Shown here in pieces: positions 32,328 to 42,239 of a stretch of DNA of 64,000 nt. Both the position numbers and the translations under genes were made by a program. Source of the DNA: Polyangiaceae bacterium. GTDB taxonomy: Bacteria > Myxococcota_A > Polyangia > Polyangiales > Polyangiaceae. The stretch is taken from positions 224,001 through 288,000 of the forward strand of contig JAPSGB010000003.1 of assembly GCA_035063585.1 (NCBI GenBank). Reading direction: 5' to 3'. Within the stretch, counting starts at the first letter, position 1; the number at the start of each line of letters is the position of its first letter. The notes beneath the pieces are model-generated. The model did no database searches. It had not been told where the DNA came from and was given only the letters and a program-made list of their open reading frames with translations.

Positions 32328-33029
32328 TCAGGGCAGGAGCCGATAGGTGAAGACCAGCCACGGGATGGTGGCGCTCGAGGATTCGCTGGCCGAGACGAGG
32401 TGGGCAAGCGAGAGATCGAGCGCCCAGGTCCGATAGGGCAGGCGCGCGCCCGCCGCGAGCGCGAGGCCGTTGAAGCGACCGACCTCGCGCCCGAGCGGAA
32501 GGACCGTCTCGACTTCGCCGAGCAAAGACAGCCACGACGCGACCGGGACCACCACGCCCGCGCCGTTCATCGCGAACATCGCCGGGCCGGCGAGCAGAAG
32601 GTTGGTCGCGACCGACGCGCTCGCGCCGCACGCAGGGTCGAAGCAGAGCTGCACGACGCCGCCCGCGCGCCCCACGAACATGGGGCCGTCGCCGAGCCCG
32701 GAGATGCCCGTCGCCGAGCCGAGCGCCGCGACGCGGACCCCGGGCGCGTCGACGAACCGTGACTTCAGGGTGACGTCCAGTGGGAAGATGTGGTCCTCGC
32801 CGAGGGGCGGGGTAGCGGTGAGGCTCAGCTGGGTAGTGTCGGACGCGGCGTAGCCCACCTGGAGCAGCACGAGCTCCGTGCTCGACGCGTAGAACGTGCC
32901 CTTCGGGTGGGTCGTGGCGGTCGGCATCACGATGACGCGGTCGCCGCTCGCGTCGTCGGCGCGGGCGGTCGGCGCCGGCACGACCGCCCCGAGGGCAGCC
33001 AAAGCACCGGCGACGCGCCATTGCTTCAT
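32328..33029 (-). CDS. Hypothetical exported protein, probable outer-membrane beta-barrel
   Basis: Signal peptide ending ARA; amphipathic strands; ends VFTYRLLP. Confidence 0.55.
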   Translation of the reverse strand: MKQWRVAGALAALGAVVPAPTARADDASGDRVIVMPTATTHPKGTFYASSTELVLLQVGYAASDTTQLSLTATPPLGEDHIFPLDVTLKSRFVDAPGVRVAALGSATGISGLGDGPMFVGRAGGVVQLCFDPACGASASVATNLLLAGPAMFAMNGAGVVVPVASWLSLLGEVETVLPLGREVGRFNGLALAAGARLPYRTWALDLSLAHLVSASESSSATIPWLVFTYRLLP

Positions 33030-33132
33030 CCACTCTGGAAGATACCCGACGCGGGAGCCGAGCGTCACGCCGGCTCGCTTGGTGGCGGGCCCCGCCCGCG
33101 GTAGACTGGGAGAGGGTGTCGTGAAACAGCGG

Positions 33133-33744
33133 ATGCGGCGTCACTGTCGATGGGGCTGGCTCGGGCTCCTCGCGCTCACCGCCGCTTGTGGCCGCACCGG
33201 GCTCTATGCCGACGATCCGGACGCCGGCGCGTGGTTCATCGACGCGGCTGAAGACGAGCCCGCTCCGCGCGACGCCGCGTGGGATGCGCCGCCCGAGGCG
33301 CAGCCGGACGTGCTCGGCTGCGCGCCCGAGCCGGAAGCGTGCAACGGGGTCGATGACGACTGCAATGGCCTCATCGACGACGGGCTCGCGAGCGAGAGCT
33401 GCGAGGGCGGCGGCCGAAGCTACTGCGTCGCGGGTCGGATGAGCCAGTGTCCGCGGCGCTGCGAGGCGTGTGTCCCGGGTAGCACGCGGGTGTGCTTCCT
33501 GTCGTACTGCCGCTATTGGGGCACCGAGACCTGCGCGGCGGATGGCCGCTCTTTCAGCTACTGCCGGGAAGGCTCGCCACCACCCGCGTGCAAGCAAACG
33601 GCGAAGGAGCACCAGGCGTCGGCCGCGCTCGAGCAGTGCTGCGTCGACGCAGGCTACTGCTGTCGCGACACCTATGATCTCGACCACGACGGTAACCGCT
33701 CGGAGATGCTCGGCCAGTGCGAAGACGTGGCGTGCGGTCCCTGA
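33133..33744 (+). CDS. Cys-rich lipoprotein with a MopE-like repeat
   Basis: Lipobox TAAC; EACNGVDDDCNGLIDD; about 20 Cys; DLDHDG. Confidence 0.75.
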   Translation: MRRHCRWGWLGLLALTAACGRTGLYADDPDAGAWFIDAAEDEPAPRDAAWDAPPEAQPDVLGCAPEPEACNGVDDDCNGLIDDGLASESCEGGGRSYCVAGRMSQCPRRCEACVPGSTRVCFLSYCRYWGTETCAADGRSFSYCREGSPPPACKQTAKEHQASAALEQCCVDAGYCCRDTYDLDHDGNRSEMLGQCEDVACGP

Positions 33745-34601
33745 GCCCGCGACTCCTCGCGGCGGCCTGGCTGGTCGCCGGCTCCGCGCAGGCGGCGCCG
33801 TGCGCGCGGCCGGATCTGCGCGACGCCTTCCCGCCGAACGGAGCGAGCGCCGTCCCCACCGACGCCGTCCTCACCGCGCACTACGGGCTCACCGCCGACT
33901 ACCTCGGTGAGCCGGTCGAGCTCGAGCGTGTCGGGGGAGGCGTCGAGACGCTGTCAGCGAGCTTCGACGCGAACGAGGGGCTGCTCACCGTGGTCCCGCC
34001 GGGCGGTCTCATCGCCGGCGCGCGCTACGAGCTACGCTGGCCCTCTCTGCGAGGAAAGAACAGCGCGACCAAGGGCCGCACCGAGTCCGTGTCGTTCGCG
34101 GTCGGCGACGGCCCGGACCGGTCGCCGCCGACTTTTGCCGGGGTGGCCGAGCTCGACTGGGACGTGGTGCGCGACGCGGACGAGTGCACGGAAGGCATCG
34201 AGGAGCGGTACGCCTTCGATCTCTCGCTCGCCCCGGCGGACGACGACGGAGGGCGAGGTTCGCTCGCGCTCATCGTGTTCCAGACGGCTGGTCCGGGCAT
34301 CGACGCCTCGACCGGGCCCGTGCCGATCAGCGTCTCTCACTTCCCAGCGGAAGGGACGGTCCGCGTCGTGCGGCCCATCCCGAGCGCGATCGGTCACGTA
34401 TGCTTCGCGGCCATCGCGAGAGATCTGGTGGGCAACGTCTCGGCCGGCGGCAGCAGCGAGCGCTGCGCGGACACCGTTCCGCCCCCGTTCTTCTACGGTT
34501 GCTCGAGCGCGCCGCCCGGGCGCGGTCGGGCGCCGGCGGCGCCGCTCGGGCTCGCGCTGCTCGCGTTCTTCGCGCTCCGCCGAGGGCGGTGGTCTCGATG
34601 A
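33732..34601 (+). CDS. Ig-like domain surface protein with a MYXO-CTERM-like tail
   Basis: PPNGASAVPTD (Big_5-like); C-terminal GCSSA, hydrophobic stretch, RRGR. Start approximate. Confidence 0.65.
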   Translation: MRSLSPRLLAAAWLVAGSAQAAPCARPDLRDAFPPNGASAVPTDAVLTAHYGLTADYLGEPVELERVGGGVETLSASFDANEGLLTVVPPGGLIAGARYELRWPSLRGKNSATKGRTESVSFAVGDGPDRSPPTFAGVAELDWDVVRDADECTEGIEERYAFDLSLAPADDDGGRGSLALIVFQTAGPGIDASTGPVPISVSHFPAEGTVRVVRPIPSAIGHVCFAAIARDLVGNVSAGGSSERCADTVPPPFFYGCSSAPPGRGRAPAAPLGLALLAFFALRRGRWSR

Positions 34602-35683
34602 GGGGCGCGCTCCTCGCGCTCGGGCTCGGCGCGAGCCTCATCGCCGTCCCGCGCGCGAGCGCCGCCGAACCTGCGCCCTCCGCGCCCAGCGCGCCGCCGC
34701 TGCCCGCGGCGAGCGCGCCGACGCCCGCGGGGAGCACGACACCACCTGCGCCGAGCGCGCCGAGCGCGCCGAGCGCGCCGACGGCTGCGCTCATGCCGAT
34801 CGCCGTGCTCGACGCGGTGGCGCTCGGGGTCGATCCGGCGGTCGGCGTCGCGGTGACGGCGCAGCTCCGCGAGACGTCACGCGCGCTCGGCTACGAGCCC
34901 GCCGCGCCCGACGCGGTGCGAAGCGCGCTCGCGCTGCTGGAGCTCCCCGGCGCGCCGCGTGCGCCCGAGCTTCGCCGGATCGCCGAGCGGCTCGGCGCGA
35001 GCCGCGGCGTGCTGGCGACGGTGCGTGCCCGAGGCGGCACGTATCTCGTCACGGTCGAGGTGGGGAGCGCGGGCCGCGCGGAGGCCTGGTCCGCCGAGGC
35101 GCGCGCCGGAGCCGGCGAGCTCGTCGCGGTGACCGACCGGCTGCTGCGCGCGGCGCTCCCGCCTCCCGGCGTGAACCCACCGTCGACGCCGCCCGGCGGT
35201 CCCGCGCCTACGCGGACGCCGAGCGGTTCCGCGCCGCCTCGACGAGACCAAACGGCATCTGAACGGTATCGGCTCGCGCTGGGCGGCGAGGGCGCGTTCG
35301 GCATCGGCGCGGGAAGCTTCACGAACGTACTCGCAGGCGCGCGTCTCGACTATCGCTTCACTCCGTCGCTCTCGCTCGGCGCCGGGCTCGCTTACGCGAA
35401 CCTGAAGGGCCGCTCGGGGCGTGAGAGCAACGTGCTCCCAAGATTCCTTCTAGACTATCGAGTCGGCCTCGGCGAGGAGAGCTCACTCTTCGTGCCGTTT
35501 CGCTTCACGAGCGGATGGTTGCCGAACAATGGCCCGGTCTCGCGTCTGTCCGTTGGGTTCGGAGCCCGGGTGAGTGAGCGGGTGGAGCTGGTCTTCGACG
35601 CGCTCGCGCCGGCCGTGTGGGTGACCCGCGACAAGCCCGTGGTCAGCGTGGATCTCTCGGCGGAGCTCGCGATCTCGCTCTAG
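34598..35683 (+). CDS. Exported protein with a Pro-rich linker and C-terminal beta-barrel-like domain
   Basis: ATGA overlap; signal peptide; alternating-residue strands at the C-terminus. Confidence 0.65.
   Translation: MRGALLALGLGASLIAVPRASAAEPAPSAPSAPPLPAASAPTPAGSTTPPAPSAPSAPSAPTAALMPIAVLDAVALGVDPAVGVAVTAQLRETSRALGYEPAAPDAVRSALALLELPGAPRAPELRRIAERLGASRGVLATVRARGGTYLVTVEVGSAGRAEAWSAEARAGAGELVAVTDRLLRAALPPPGVNPPSTPPGGPAPTRTPSGSAPPRRDQTASERYRLALGGEGAFGIGAGSFTNVLAGARLDYRFTPSLSLGAGLAYANLKGRSGRESNVLPRFLLDYRVGLGEESSLFVPFRFTSGWLPNNGPVSRLSVGFGARVSERVELVFDALAPAVWVTRDKPVVSVDLSAELAISL
34748..34780 (+). repeat. 9-bp tandem repeat GCGCCGAGC x3.7 (APS linker)
   Basis: Read directly from the sequence. 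Confidence 0.85.
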
Positions 35684-35737
35684 GCGGCCGCGCTCGCTTG
35701 CGCGCTGCGGGGCGCCCGGTAGGCTTCCTCGCGGGAC

Positions 35738-36694
35738 ATGAAGAGCCGCGATCTCTCCGCGCTCGGCTTCCGGCGGATCGTCATACTGCTCGTGTGGTTG
35801 GTCGTGGTGCCGACCTTCCTCATGCTGGCGCTCGGCGTGCTCTTGCTCTTTCTCGGCGAGGCGCGCGTCAACATCTTGATGGGTATCCTGGTCATGGCGC
35901 TCAGCGCGACCGTCGCCACCGGGGTCATCCTGGTCTGGGTATTCGTTCGGCGTGAGGCCAACCTCTCGCGGCTGCAGGCGGACTTCGTGTCGAAGGTGAG
36001 CCACGAGCTTCGCACGCCGCTCACCTCGATCCGACTCTTCACCGAGACCCTGGCGCTGCGGCGCGGCGACGTGGAGGCCGAGGACAAGTGTATCGAGGCG
36101 CTGGCGCGCGAGGGCTCGCGGCTCTCGGAGCTCATCGATCGGCTGCTCGACTGGGGCCGCATGGAGAGCGGGCACCGCGAGTTCGTGATGAAGCGAGTCG
36201 AGATCGCCGGCATCGTCGAGGCCGCCCTCAGCGTGTTCGACAACATACGGTTGCGTCGCCAGGTCGAGCTGAAGGTGGAGGTCCCGAAGGACCTCCCGGC
36301 CATCGACGCGGACCGCGGCGCGATGGTCGACGTGCTCTTGAACCTGCTCACCAACGCGTACAAGTACGGAGGGGATCCGGTGAGCATAGAGGTCCGGGTC
36401 GAGGCTCGGCCGAAGGAGGTGAGGCTCTCGGTAAAGGACAACGGGCCCGGCATCGAGCCGGTCGAGCACCAGCGCATCTTCCAGAAGTTCTATCGGGTCG
36501 ATGATCGCCTCTCGCGCGAGCGCGAGGGCTCCGGCCTCGGGCTCGCCATCGTCAAGCACGTGATGAAGGCGCACCACGGGCGCGTCGAGCTCGAGAGCGC
36601 GCCCGGGGAGGGGAGCACCTTTACCCTGGTGGTGCCGGTCGCGGCCCCTCCGCGCGCGGGGTTTCGACCGGCGGAGGCGCAGGCCGGGAGTTGA
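35738..36694 (+). CDS. Sensor histidine kinase (2 TM, almost no extracytoplasmic loop)
   Basis: VSHELRTPL, NLLTNAYKY, DNGPG, FYR, GSGLGL. Confidence 0.95.
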   Translation: MKSRDLSALGFRRIVILLVWLVVVPTFLMLALGVLLLFLGEARVNILMGILVMALSATVATGVILVWVFVRREANLSRLQADFVSKVSHELRTPLTSIRLFTETLALRRGDVEAEDKCIEALAREGSRLSELIDRLLDWGRMESGHREFVMKRVEIAGIVEAALSVFDNIRLRRQVELKVEVPKDLPAIDADRGAMVDVLLNLLTNAYKYGGDPVSIEVRVEARPKEVRLSVKDNGPGIEPVEHQRIFQKFYRVDDRLSREREGSGLGLAIVKHVMKAHHGRVELESAPGEGSTFTLVVPVAAPPRAGFRPAEAQAGS

Positions 36695-36748
36695 CGTCCG
36701 GCCGCCGGAGGTGAGATGCGAGGACCGAGCGCGGATGCCGAGAGCGAC

Positions 36749-37453
36749 ATGACGACCCCTACCACCGGCCGCAAGCGCATCCTCGTGGTCGAGGACGACG
36801 AGAGCATCACCCTCGGGCTGCGGATGAACCTGGAGGCGGAGGGATACGACGTCGCGGTCGCGATCGACGGCGAAGCGGGGCTCCTCCACCTGCGGGCCGC
36901 GCCGGTGGATCTGGTGCTCCTCGACGTGATGCTGCCGAAAATGAACGGCTTCGAGCTGGTGCGGCGCCTTCGAGACGAGGGCCACGCGATGCCCATCGTG
37001 ATGCTGAGCGCGAGGGACGCCGAGATGGACAAGGTCATGGGCCTCGAGCTCGGCGCGGAGGACTACATCACCAAGCCGTTCAGCCTCGCCGAGCTGCTGG
37101 CTCGGGTGAAGGCGGCGCTCCGCCGCGACGCCATCGCCCGCCCGGCCGTCGGGAGCACCGTGGTCACGGGCGAGCTCGAGATCAACCTCGGCACGCGCGA
37201 GGCCACGAAGCGCGGCGAGCCCGTGGAGCTCACCGCCACCGAATTCGACGTGCTCTGGTGCCTGATCGAGGCAGGAGGTCGCGTGCTCTCACGCGAGCAG
37301 ATCCGAGCGCGCGTGTGGGGCGCCGGGCACCACGGCACGCTGCGAACGATCGACAATTTCCTGCTTCAGCTCCGCAACAAGCTCGAGGACGATCCCGCCG
37401 AGCCGCGCTACCTGCTCACCGTCCGCGGAGTCGGCTACCGCTTCGTCACGTGA
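36749..37453 (+). CDS. OmpR/PhoB-family response regulator
   Basis: VVEDD, LLDVMLP, KPF, winged helix LTATEF..LRNKL..TVRGVGY. Confidence 0.96.
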   Translation: MTTPTTGRKRILVVEDDESITLGLRMNLEAEGYDVAVAIDGEAGLLHLRAAPVDLVLLDVMLPKMNGFELVRRLRDEGHAMPIVMLSARDAEMDKVMGLELGAEDYITKPFSLAELLARVKAALRRDAIARPAVGSTVVTGELEINLGTREATKRGEPVELTATEFDVLWCLIEAGGRVLSREQIRARVWGAGHHGTLRTIDNFLLQLRNKLEDDPAEPRYLLTVRGVGYRFVT

Positions 37454-37552
37454 GGCACGTCGGGGCCAGGTCCCGACTGGCCGATACGGCTGTTCAGGCG
37501 TGTGCTCCGCGCTCGTGCATCACGCCGCTCTTTCGGTTAGAACCCCGAGGGC

Positions 37553-38020
37553 GTGGACCAGAACCTGCTTCGCTCCTATTTCGCTACCGTCTACGAGCTC
37601 CCGACCGACAACGGGCTCCTGCGCGTCTCGATGGATGGCGAAATCGTGCAGGACGCATCGGCGTTGCCGGAGGTCCTGCGGCGGAGCTTCTCCATCCTCA
37701 CCGCCTACAACCCCCGCAGCATGCTGCTCCCGCGCCGGGTGAACGACGGTCGCCACCAGGTGATGCGCGACCTGCTCATCCTCGGCTGTTATCGCGTCGA
37801 GCACTGCGTCGGCTACGACGAGGAGCCGGAGGGCGTGTGGCGTGAGCCGGCGTGGCTGGTGCAAGGGATCGAGCGCGACGAGGCCATCCACTTTGGCCGC
37901 ACCTTCCGCCAGAACGGCATCATCTACTGTCGCGACGCGCGGCCGGAGCTCATCGTCACCGATCCGACCTGCGACGAGGTCGGCCGCACCTTCCAAGGCA
38001 ACTGGCGAGTGCGCCAGTAG
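37553..38020 (+). CDS. DUF3293-like protein
   Basis: AY/YF..T.Y start, ILTAYNPRS, WREP, GRTFRQNGI. Confidence 0.72.
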   Translation: MDQNLLRSYFATVYELPTDNGLLRVSMDGEIVQDASALPEVLRRSFSILTAYNPRSMLLPRRVNDGRHQVMRDLLILGCYRVEHCVGYDEEPEGVWREPAWLVQGIERDEAIHFGRTFRQNGIIYCRDARPELIVTDPTCDEVGRTFQGNWRVRQ

Positions 38021-38048
38021 CCGCGGAGCGCCCAGCGCCGGCCGGGGC

Positions 38049-39266
38049 TCAGGCTCGGCGCCAGCCGACACACCAGGCGGCCGCGCCCGCCGCCATCGCC
38101 AAGGGGACGATGAGGACGGCGAGCGAGAGGCTCCCCGTCGCGTCGGAGACCGCGCCGATGATGGGCGGGCTGATGGCGTCGCCGAAGAGATGGATGGCGA
38201 GGATGGAGAGGCTGAAGGCGCGCGCGCGGAGCGCGGGCTCGGTCGAGTTCACGATCTCGGTGTTGATGGGGCCGCTGTAGAACCACAGGAAGAACTGCGC
38301 GAGCCCTACGCCCGCGACGCAGAGGGTCGCCGAGGGCGTGAGGAGCGCTCCCGCGGCGAGGAGCGTGGCGGCGATCATCGACCAGCCCGACAGCGCGAGG
38401 TACGGGTTCTTGGTCTTGCCGACGAGCCGGTCGGCGAGCATGCCGCCGACCAGCGTGCCGCCGAGCCCGCCGAGCACGGTGACCATGCCGACCGTGCTGC
38501 CGGCCTGGGCGAGCTCCATCCCGTACCTTCGGTGCAGGTAGGTCGGCAGCCAATCGGCCATGCCGCCCGCAGCGAAGGTCACCGCGGTGTAGCCGAGGAC
38601 GGCGTAGAGATAGTGAGGGTTCCTGGCGAGCGCGCGGAGGGCCCGCGGATAGCTCACGGTCGGCTCCCGCTCCCTCGCGCCGCCGCCCGGGTCACGGATC
38701 TTGAGCGCGAGCGCCGCCACCAGCAGCCCGGGCGCTCCGCACAGGAGAAACGCGATGCGCCAGCCGAACCGCGCCGCGAGCGCGCCGCCGACGGAGAAGC
38801 CGAGGGCCGCGCCGACCGGGATGGCGACGTAGAACCAGGTGAGGATGCGATTGCGTCGCTCGGGCGGGTACAGATCGCCGATGAGCGGCGGTGCCAGGGT
38901 GGCGTAGGCCGCCTCGCCGACACCGACCGCCGCGCGAGCGAGGAGCAAGGTCAGAAACCCGGTGGCGAGCGCCGCGCCACTCGTCGCGAGCGACCAGAGC
39001 GCCACGCCGATCGCGATGATGGTGGTGCGCTTCATGCGATCGGCGAGCGCGGCGAAGACGGGCGAGGTGAGCATGTACACGATCACGAAGGCGGTGAGCG
39101 GCCAGCTCGTCTCGGCGTCGGTGAGCCCGAGCTCGGCCTTGAAGAGCTCCTTCGCCGCGCTCGGGACGTAGCGGTCGAAGTAATTGAGGAGGTTCATCGC
39201 CGTGAGGACGATGACCGCGAAGCGTGCGTCACGGACCGTGATGCGTGGGTGCTCTCTCGTGGGCAG
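38049..39266 (-). CDS. MFS transporter, spinster-like
   Basis: NLLNYFDR, LADR, ARAAVGVGEA, HLFGDA. Start uncertain. Confidence 0.88.
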   Translation of the reverse strand: MPTREHPRITVRDARFAVIVLTAMNLLNYFDRYVPSAAKELFKAELGLTDAETSWPLTAFVIVYMLTSPVFAALADRMKRTTIIAIGVALWSLATSGAALATGFLTLLLARAAVGVGEAAYATLAPPLIGDLYPPERRNRILTWFYVAIPVGAALGFSVGGALAARFGWRIAFLLCGAPGLLVAALALKIRDPGGGAREREPTVSYPRALRALARNPHYLYAVLGYTAVTFAAGGMADWLPTYLHRRYGMELAQAGSTVGMVTVLGGLGGTLVGGMLADRLVGKTKNPYLALSGWSMIAATLLAAGALLTPSATLCVAGVGLAQFFLWFYSGPINTEIVNSTEPALRARAFSLSILAIHLFGDAISPPIIGAVSDATGSLSLAVLIVPLAMAAGAAAWCVGWRRA

Positions 39267-39489
39267 GGGCCCAAGGTGCCACGGCGCGCTTCGGCCTGGA
39301 AGCGCGGCGCGCCCAGCAGGGGGCGAGCTCTGATTTTTTTGGGGCCGGGCCGGCGCGGCCGGCGTCGAGGCCCCCCACGCGCTCGAGCGGGGCTCCGCGA
39401 GAGAGAGCTCATGCTGACGAACGCCGCTTCGGACGAGCGGCATTTGGGCGTCCGAAATTTCGACGAAGGAAGGTATTATTCATGCCGAA

Positions 39490-40044
39490 GTGGGAAAGAC
39501 CAAGGGGACGAGCTTCGTCAACGCGCAAGCGTACTGCGATACGGTGCATGGCGAGGGGGCGTGGGCGCGCGTCCGAGACCGCATGGACCCGACCGATCGC
39601 GAGGTCCTGACCGGTCTGGTCGCGGTGGGTTGGTACGAACTCGACCTCTACGCGCGAGCGATCCGTGCCATCGATCGAGAGCTCGGCGCGGGAGATCTGG
39701 GGCTCATCGCGCCGCTCGGACGCTTCGAGGCCGAGCGGGATTTCAAGACCATCCATCGCTTGTTCTTCCGCCTCGCGAACCCCGCCTACGCGATCGAGAA
39801 GGCGACCGAGTACTGGCGTCGCTTTCACGATACCGGCTCTTGGTCGGTGGTTCGCAACTCTCCGACGAGCGTCTCCGGGTCGCTCGAGGGGTGGGCCGCC
39901 ACCGACAGCGTGCTGTGCCTCGAGCTTACCGGCTACATGCCCAGGGTCATCGAGCTGGTCGGTGGCGAGTCGGCGCTCATGACGCACCCGCGTTGCCGCA
40001 TGCTCGGGCATTCTGCGTGCGAGTTCGATCTTCGGTGGAGCTGA
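39490..40044 (+). CDS. V4R/DUF2378-like myxobacterial protein
   Basis: KGT..WY..GRF..P..W, C-terminal CRMLGHSACEF. Confidence 0.6.
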   Translation: MGKTKGTSFVNAQAYCDTVHGEGAWARVRDRMDPTDREVLTGLVAVGWYELDLYARAIRAIDRELGAGDLGLIAPLGRFEAERDFKTIHRLFFRLANPAYAIEKATEYWRRFHDTGSWSVVRNSPTSVSGSLEGWAATDSVLCLELTGYMPRVIELVGGESALMTHPRCRMLGHSACEFDLRWS

Positions 40045-40072
40045 CGCGCCCCGCGAAGTCCTGCTAGTATCG

Positions 40073-40753
40073 ATGGCGCTCGTGCGACGCATTCACTGGC
40101 TCCTCGGCACCCTCGCGCTCCCACCGATCGCGCTCTCATGGCTCAGCGCGCGCGCAGGGGACGAGCTCGCTCGGGCGGTGGCGGTCGAGCTGTCGCGCGT
40201 GGCTGCGCCGCTCCGAGTGGCGCAAGCTCGCGCGCCGCGCGCCGAGCAGAGCGCGTCCGCGCCGCTCGCGCCGGTGAGCTCGGCGCAGGCGCGTGCTCCG
40301 GCGAGGGCGCGAGTCGGCGCGAAGCGGCGCCCGGCGCGAGGCCTGCGGATTTCGTCGGCTGCGGTGCTGCGCCTCGCGAGCGCAGGGGGGCGGCCATCGG
40401 GCCGCCTCGTCGCGCCGGACGGAAGTCGGCCGGCGGGGCTCTCGCTCTCCGGGGTGGGCGGGCTCGGGGTCGGCCTGCGTGATGGCGACGTCCTCACCAG
40501 CGCGGGTGGCGCCGCGGCGACCAGCCCCGGCGCAGTCATCGGCGCGGTGGTCGCAGCGCGTGCGGCCCACCAAGCTAGCATCAGCGGAGTCTTTTGGCGC
40601 GACGGCGAGCCCTGGCAACTGGTGGTGGACCAGCCATACCTCGAGCCTCGAGAGGCTCACGTTTCGAGGCCTGAACCCGCCGAGTCAGGGCTCGCGCCCG
40701 AGGCCGAGCCGGTCCGAGGGCGCGAGGCTCTGCTTCGCACGAGCTCCCGCTGA
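40073..40753 (+). CDS. Membrane-anchored protein with a GspC-like PDZ fragment
   Basis: N-terminal TM; GLSLSGV..GLRDGDVLTSAGG..WRDGE. Confidence 0.5.
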   Translation: MALVRRIHWLLGTLALPPIALSWLSARAGDELARAVAVELSRVAAPLRVAQARAPRAEQSASAPLAPVSSAQARAPARARVGAKRRPARGLRISSAAVLRLASAGGRPSGRLVAPDGSRPAGLSLSGVGGLGVGLRDGDVLTSAGGAAATSPGAVIGAVVAARAAHQASISGVFWRDGEPWQLVVDQPYLEPREAHVSRPEPAESGLAPEAEPVRGREALLRTSSR

Positions 40754-40967
40754 GGCGGCGCCCAGCGCTCGCCGGGGCGGCCTCGGGAGGCTCGCCTCAC
40801 GATATGCTCGAGGGCACGCGGGAGCGCGGCCTCGCGCGCGTCGCGCGCTACCGGCCGAGGTCCGCGCCCGGATCGGGGCGCGGTCGATCTATTCCCGGAG
40901 CAATCGACCTCGCAGATGCCGGAGAGCCTCTTGCTGACGGTCGAGGCGTCGCTACTCTGATGCCATC

Positions 40968-41921
40968 GTGGCGCTCACTGAACCCGTCCTCGTCCCGCCG
41001 CGGCCGCCCATGCCGACCCCGGTCGAGGTGGATCCGGCGCCGGCGCCCGGTTCGGCGCCGCTGCCGCGCGATCGTTGTCTGCTCACGGTGCTCACCGGGG
41101 TGCAGCGCGGTCAGGTCCTGGCCGTGGACGCCGGCGCGGAGCTCCTCATCGGGCGCGGCGATGGCGTGGGGCTGCGCGTGCTCGATCCCGGGGTCTCTTG
41201 GGTTCATGCGCGCATCCGCCGCGCCGGCGAGGTGGTGACGCTCGAGGATCTCCGGAGCACCAACGGCACCTATCTGGGCAGCGACCGAATCGTCGACCGC
41301 GTAGCGCTCCCGGACGACGCGCGCATCGGACTCGGTCGAAATACGGTGATCCGGTTCTCCCGTTGCGACGCGCTCGAGCTCGAGGCGGCGCTCGAGCAAT
41401 ACGACACCGCCATCCGTGATCCGCTCACGCGCCTCTACAACCGCGGATATTTCGACGAACGGATCGAGAGCGAGGTCGCGTTCGCGCATCGTCATCAGGC
41501 ACCGCTCTCGCTCTTGATGCTGGATCTCGATCATTTCAAGCGAGTAAACGATCGCTTCGGGCATCCGGTCGGGGACGTGGTCCTCAAGGTGGTCACCGCC
41601 GCCGTTCGCCGAATGCTTCGCCCGGAGGACGTGTTCGCGCGTTACGGAGGCGAGGAGTTCATGATCTTGCTTCGCGAGGTCACCACGGAGAACGCGCTCA
41701 TCCTGGCACGCCGGATCCGAGAGCGCGTGGAAGGGCTCGAGATGCCTTGGGAAGGTCAGGTGCTCCGCATCACGGTGAGCATCGGGGTCACCGGCATCGG
41801 TCCCGGCGAACCCCAGATCCACGCGCGTGCCCTACTCGAGCTGGCCGACCGCGCGATGTATGAGGCGAAAGCGCGCGGCAGGAATCGCGTGGTGCTCTTA
41901 CCGGCGGCGCATCGTGATTGA
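40968..41921 (+). CDS. FHA-GGDEF diguanylate cyclase
   Basis: FHA IGRG, VSWVHA, STNGT; DPLTRLYNR, DLDHFKRVND..GH..GD, RPED I-site, RYGGEEF. Confidence 0.95.
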   Translation: MALTEPVLVPPRPPMPTPVEVDPAPAPGSAPLPRDRCLLTVLTGVQRGQVLAVDAGAELLIGRGDGVGLRVLDPGVSWVHARIRRAGEVVTLEDLRSTNGTYLGSDRIVDRVALPDDARIGLGRNTVIRFSRCDALELEAALEQYDTAIRDPLTRLYNRGYFDERIESEVAFAHRHQAPLSLLMLDLDHFKRVNDRFGHPVGDVVLKVVTAAVRRMLRPEDVFARYGGEEFMILLREVTTENALILARRIRERVEGLEMPWEGQVLRITVSIGVTGIGPGEPQIHARALLELADRAMYEAKARGRNRVVLLPAAHRD

Positions 41922-41954
41922 CGCTGGTCAGGCGAGGAGCGAAAACCACAGGCC

Positions 41955-42221
41955 ATGGAGCGCGTGATCAAGTGCGTGAAGCTCGGCCGTGACGCGAGGG
42001 GCCTCGACAAGCCGCCGTTCCGCGGTGAGCTCGGTCAGCGCGTTTACGACAACGTCTCGAGCGAGGCCTGGCTCGGTTGGCTCGAGCACTCGAAGATCCT
42101 CATCAACGAGTTTCGCCTCGATCTCACCAGCCAGGAGGGGCAGCGTGTCTGGATGAGCGAGCTCGAGCGGTATTTCTTCGGCGACGGCTCGGCGAAGCCG
42201 TCGGACTTCGTCGAGCCTTGA
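41955..42221 (+). CDS. yggX: Fe(II)-trafficking/oxidative damage protection protein
   Basis: CVKL..GLDKPP..GELGQRVYDNVS.EAW..W...LINE.RL. Confidence 0.93.
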   Translation: MERVIKCVKLGRDARGLDKPPFRGELGQRVYDNVSSEAWLGWLEHSKILINEFRLDLTSQEGQRVWMSELERYFFGDGSAKPSDFVEP

Positions 42222-42239
42222 GCGCCCGCGCGGCGCTCC

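Noticed and set aside
39312..39365. T7 tract next to a GC hairpin as an intrinsic terminator
   Set aside because: The T-run precedes the hairpin and lies between divergent genes, which is the wrong geometry
40968..41921. Hypr-type (cGAMP-producing) GGDEF
   Set aside because: It retains the canonical Asp (GHPVGD) rather than the Ser characteristic of Hypr enzymes
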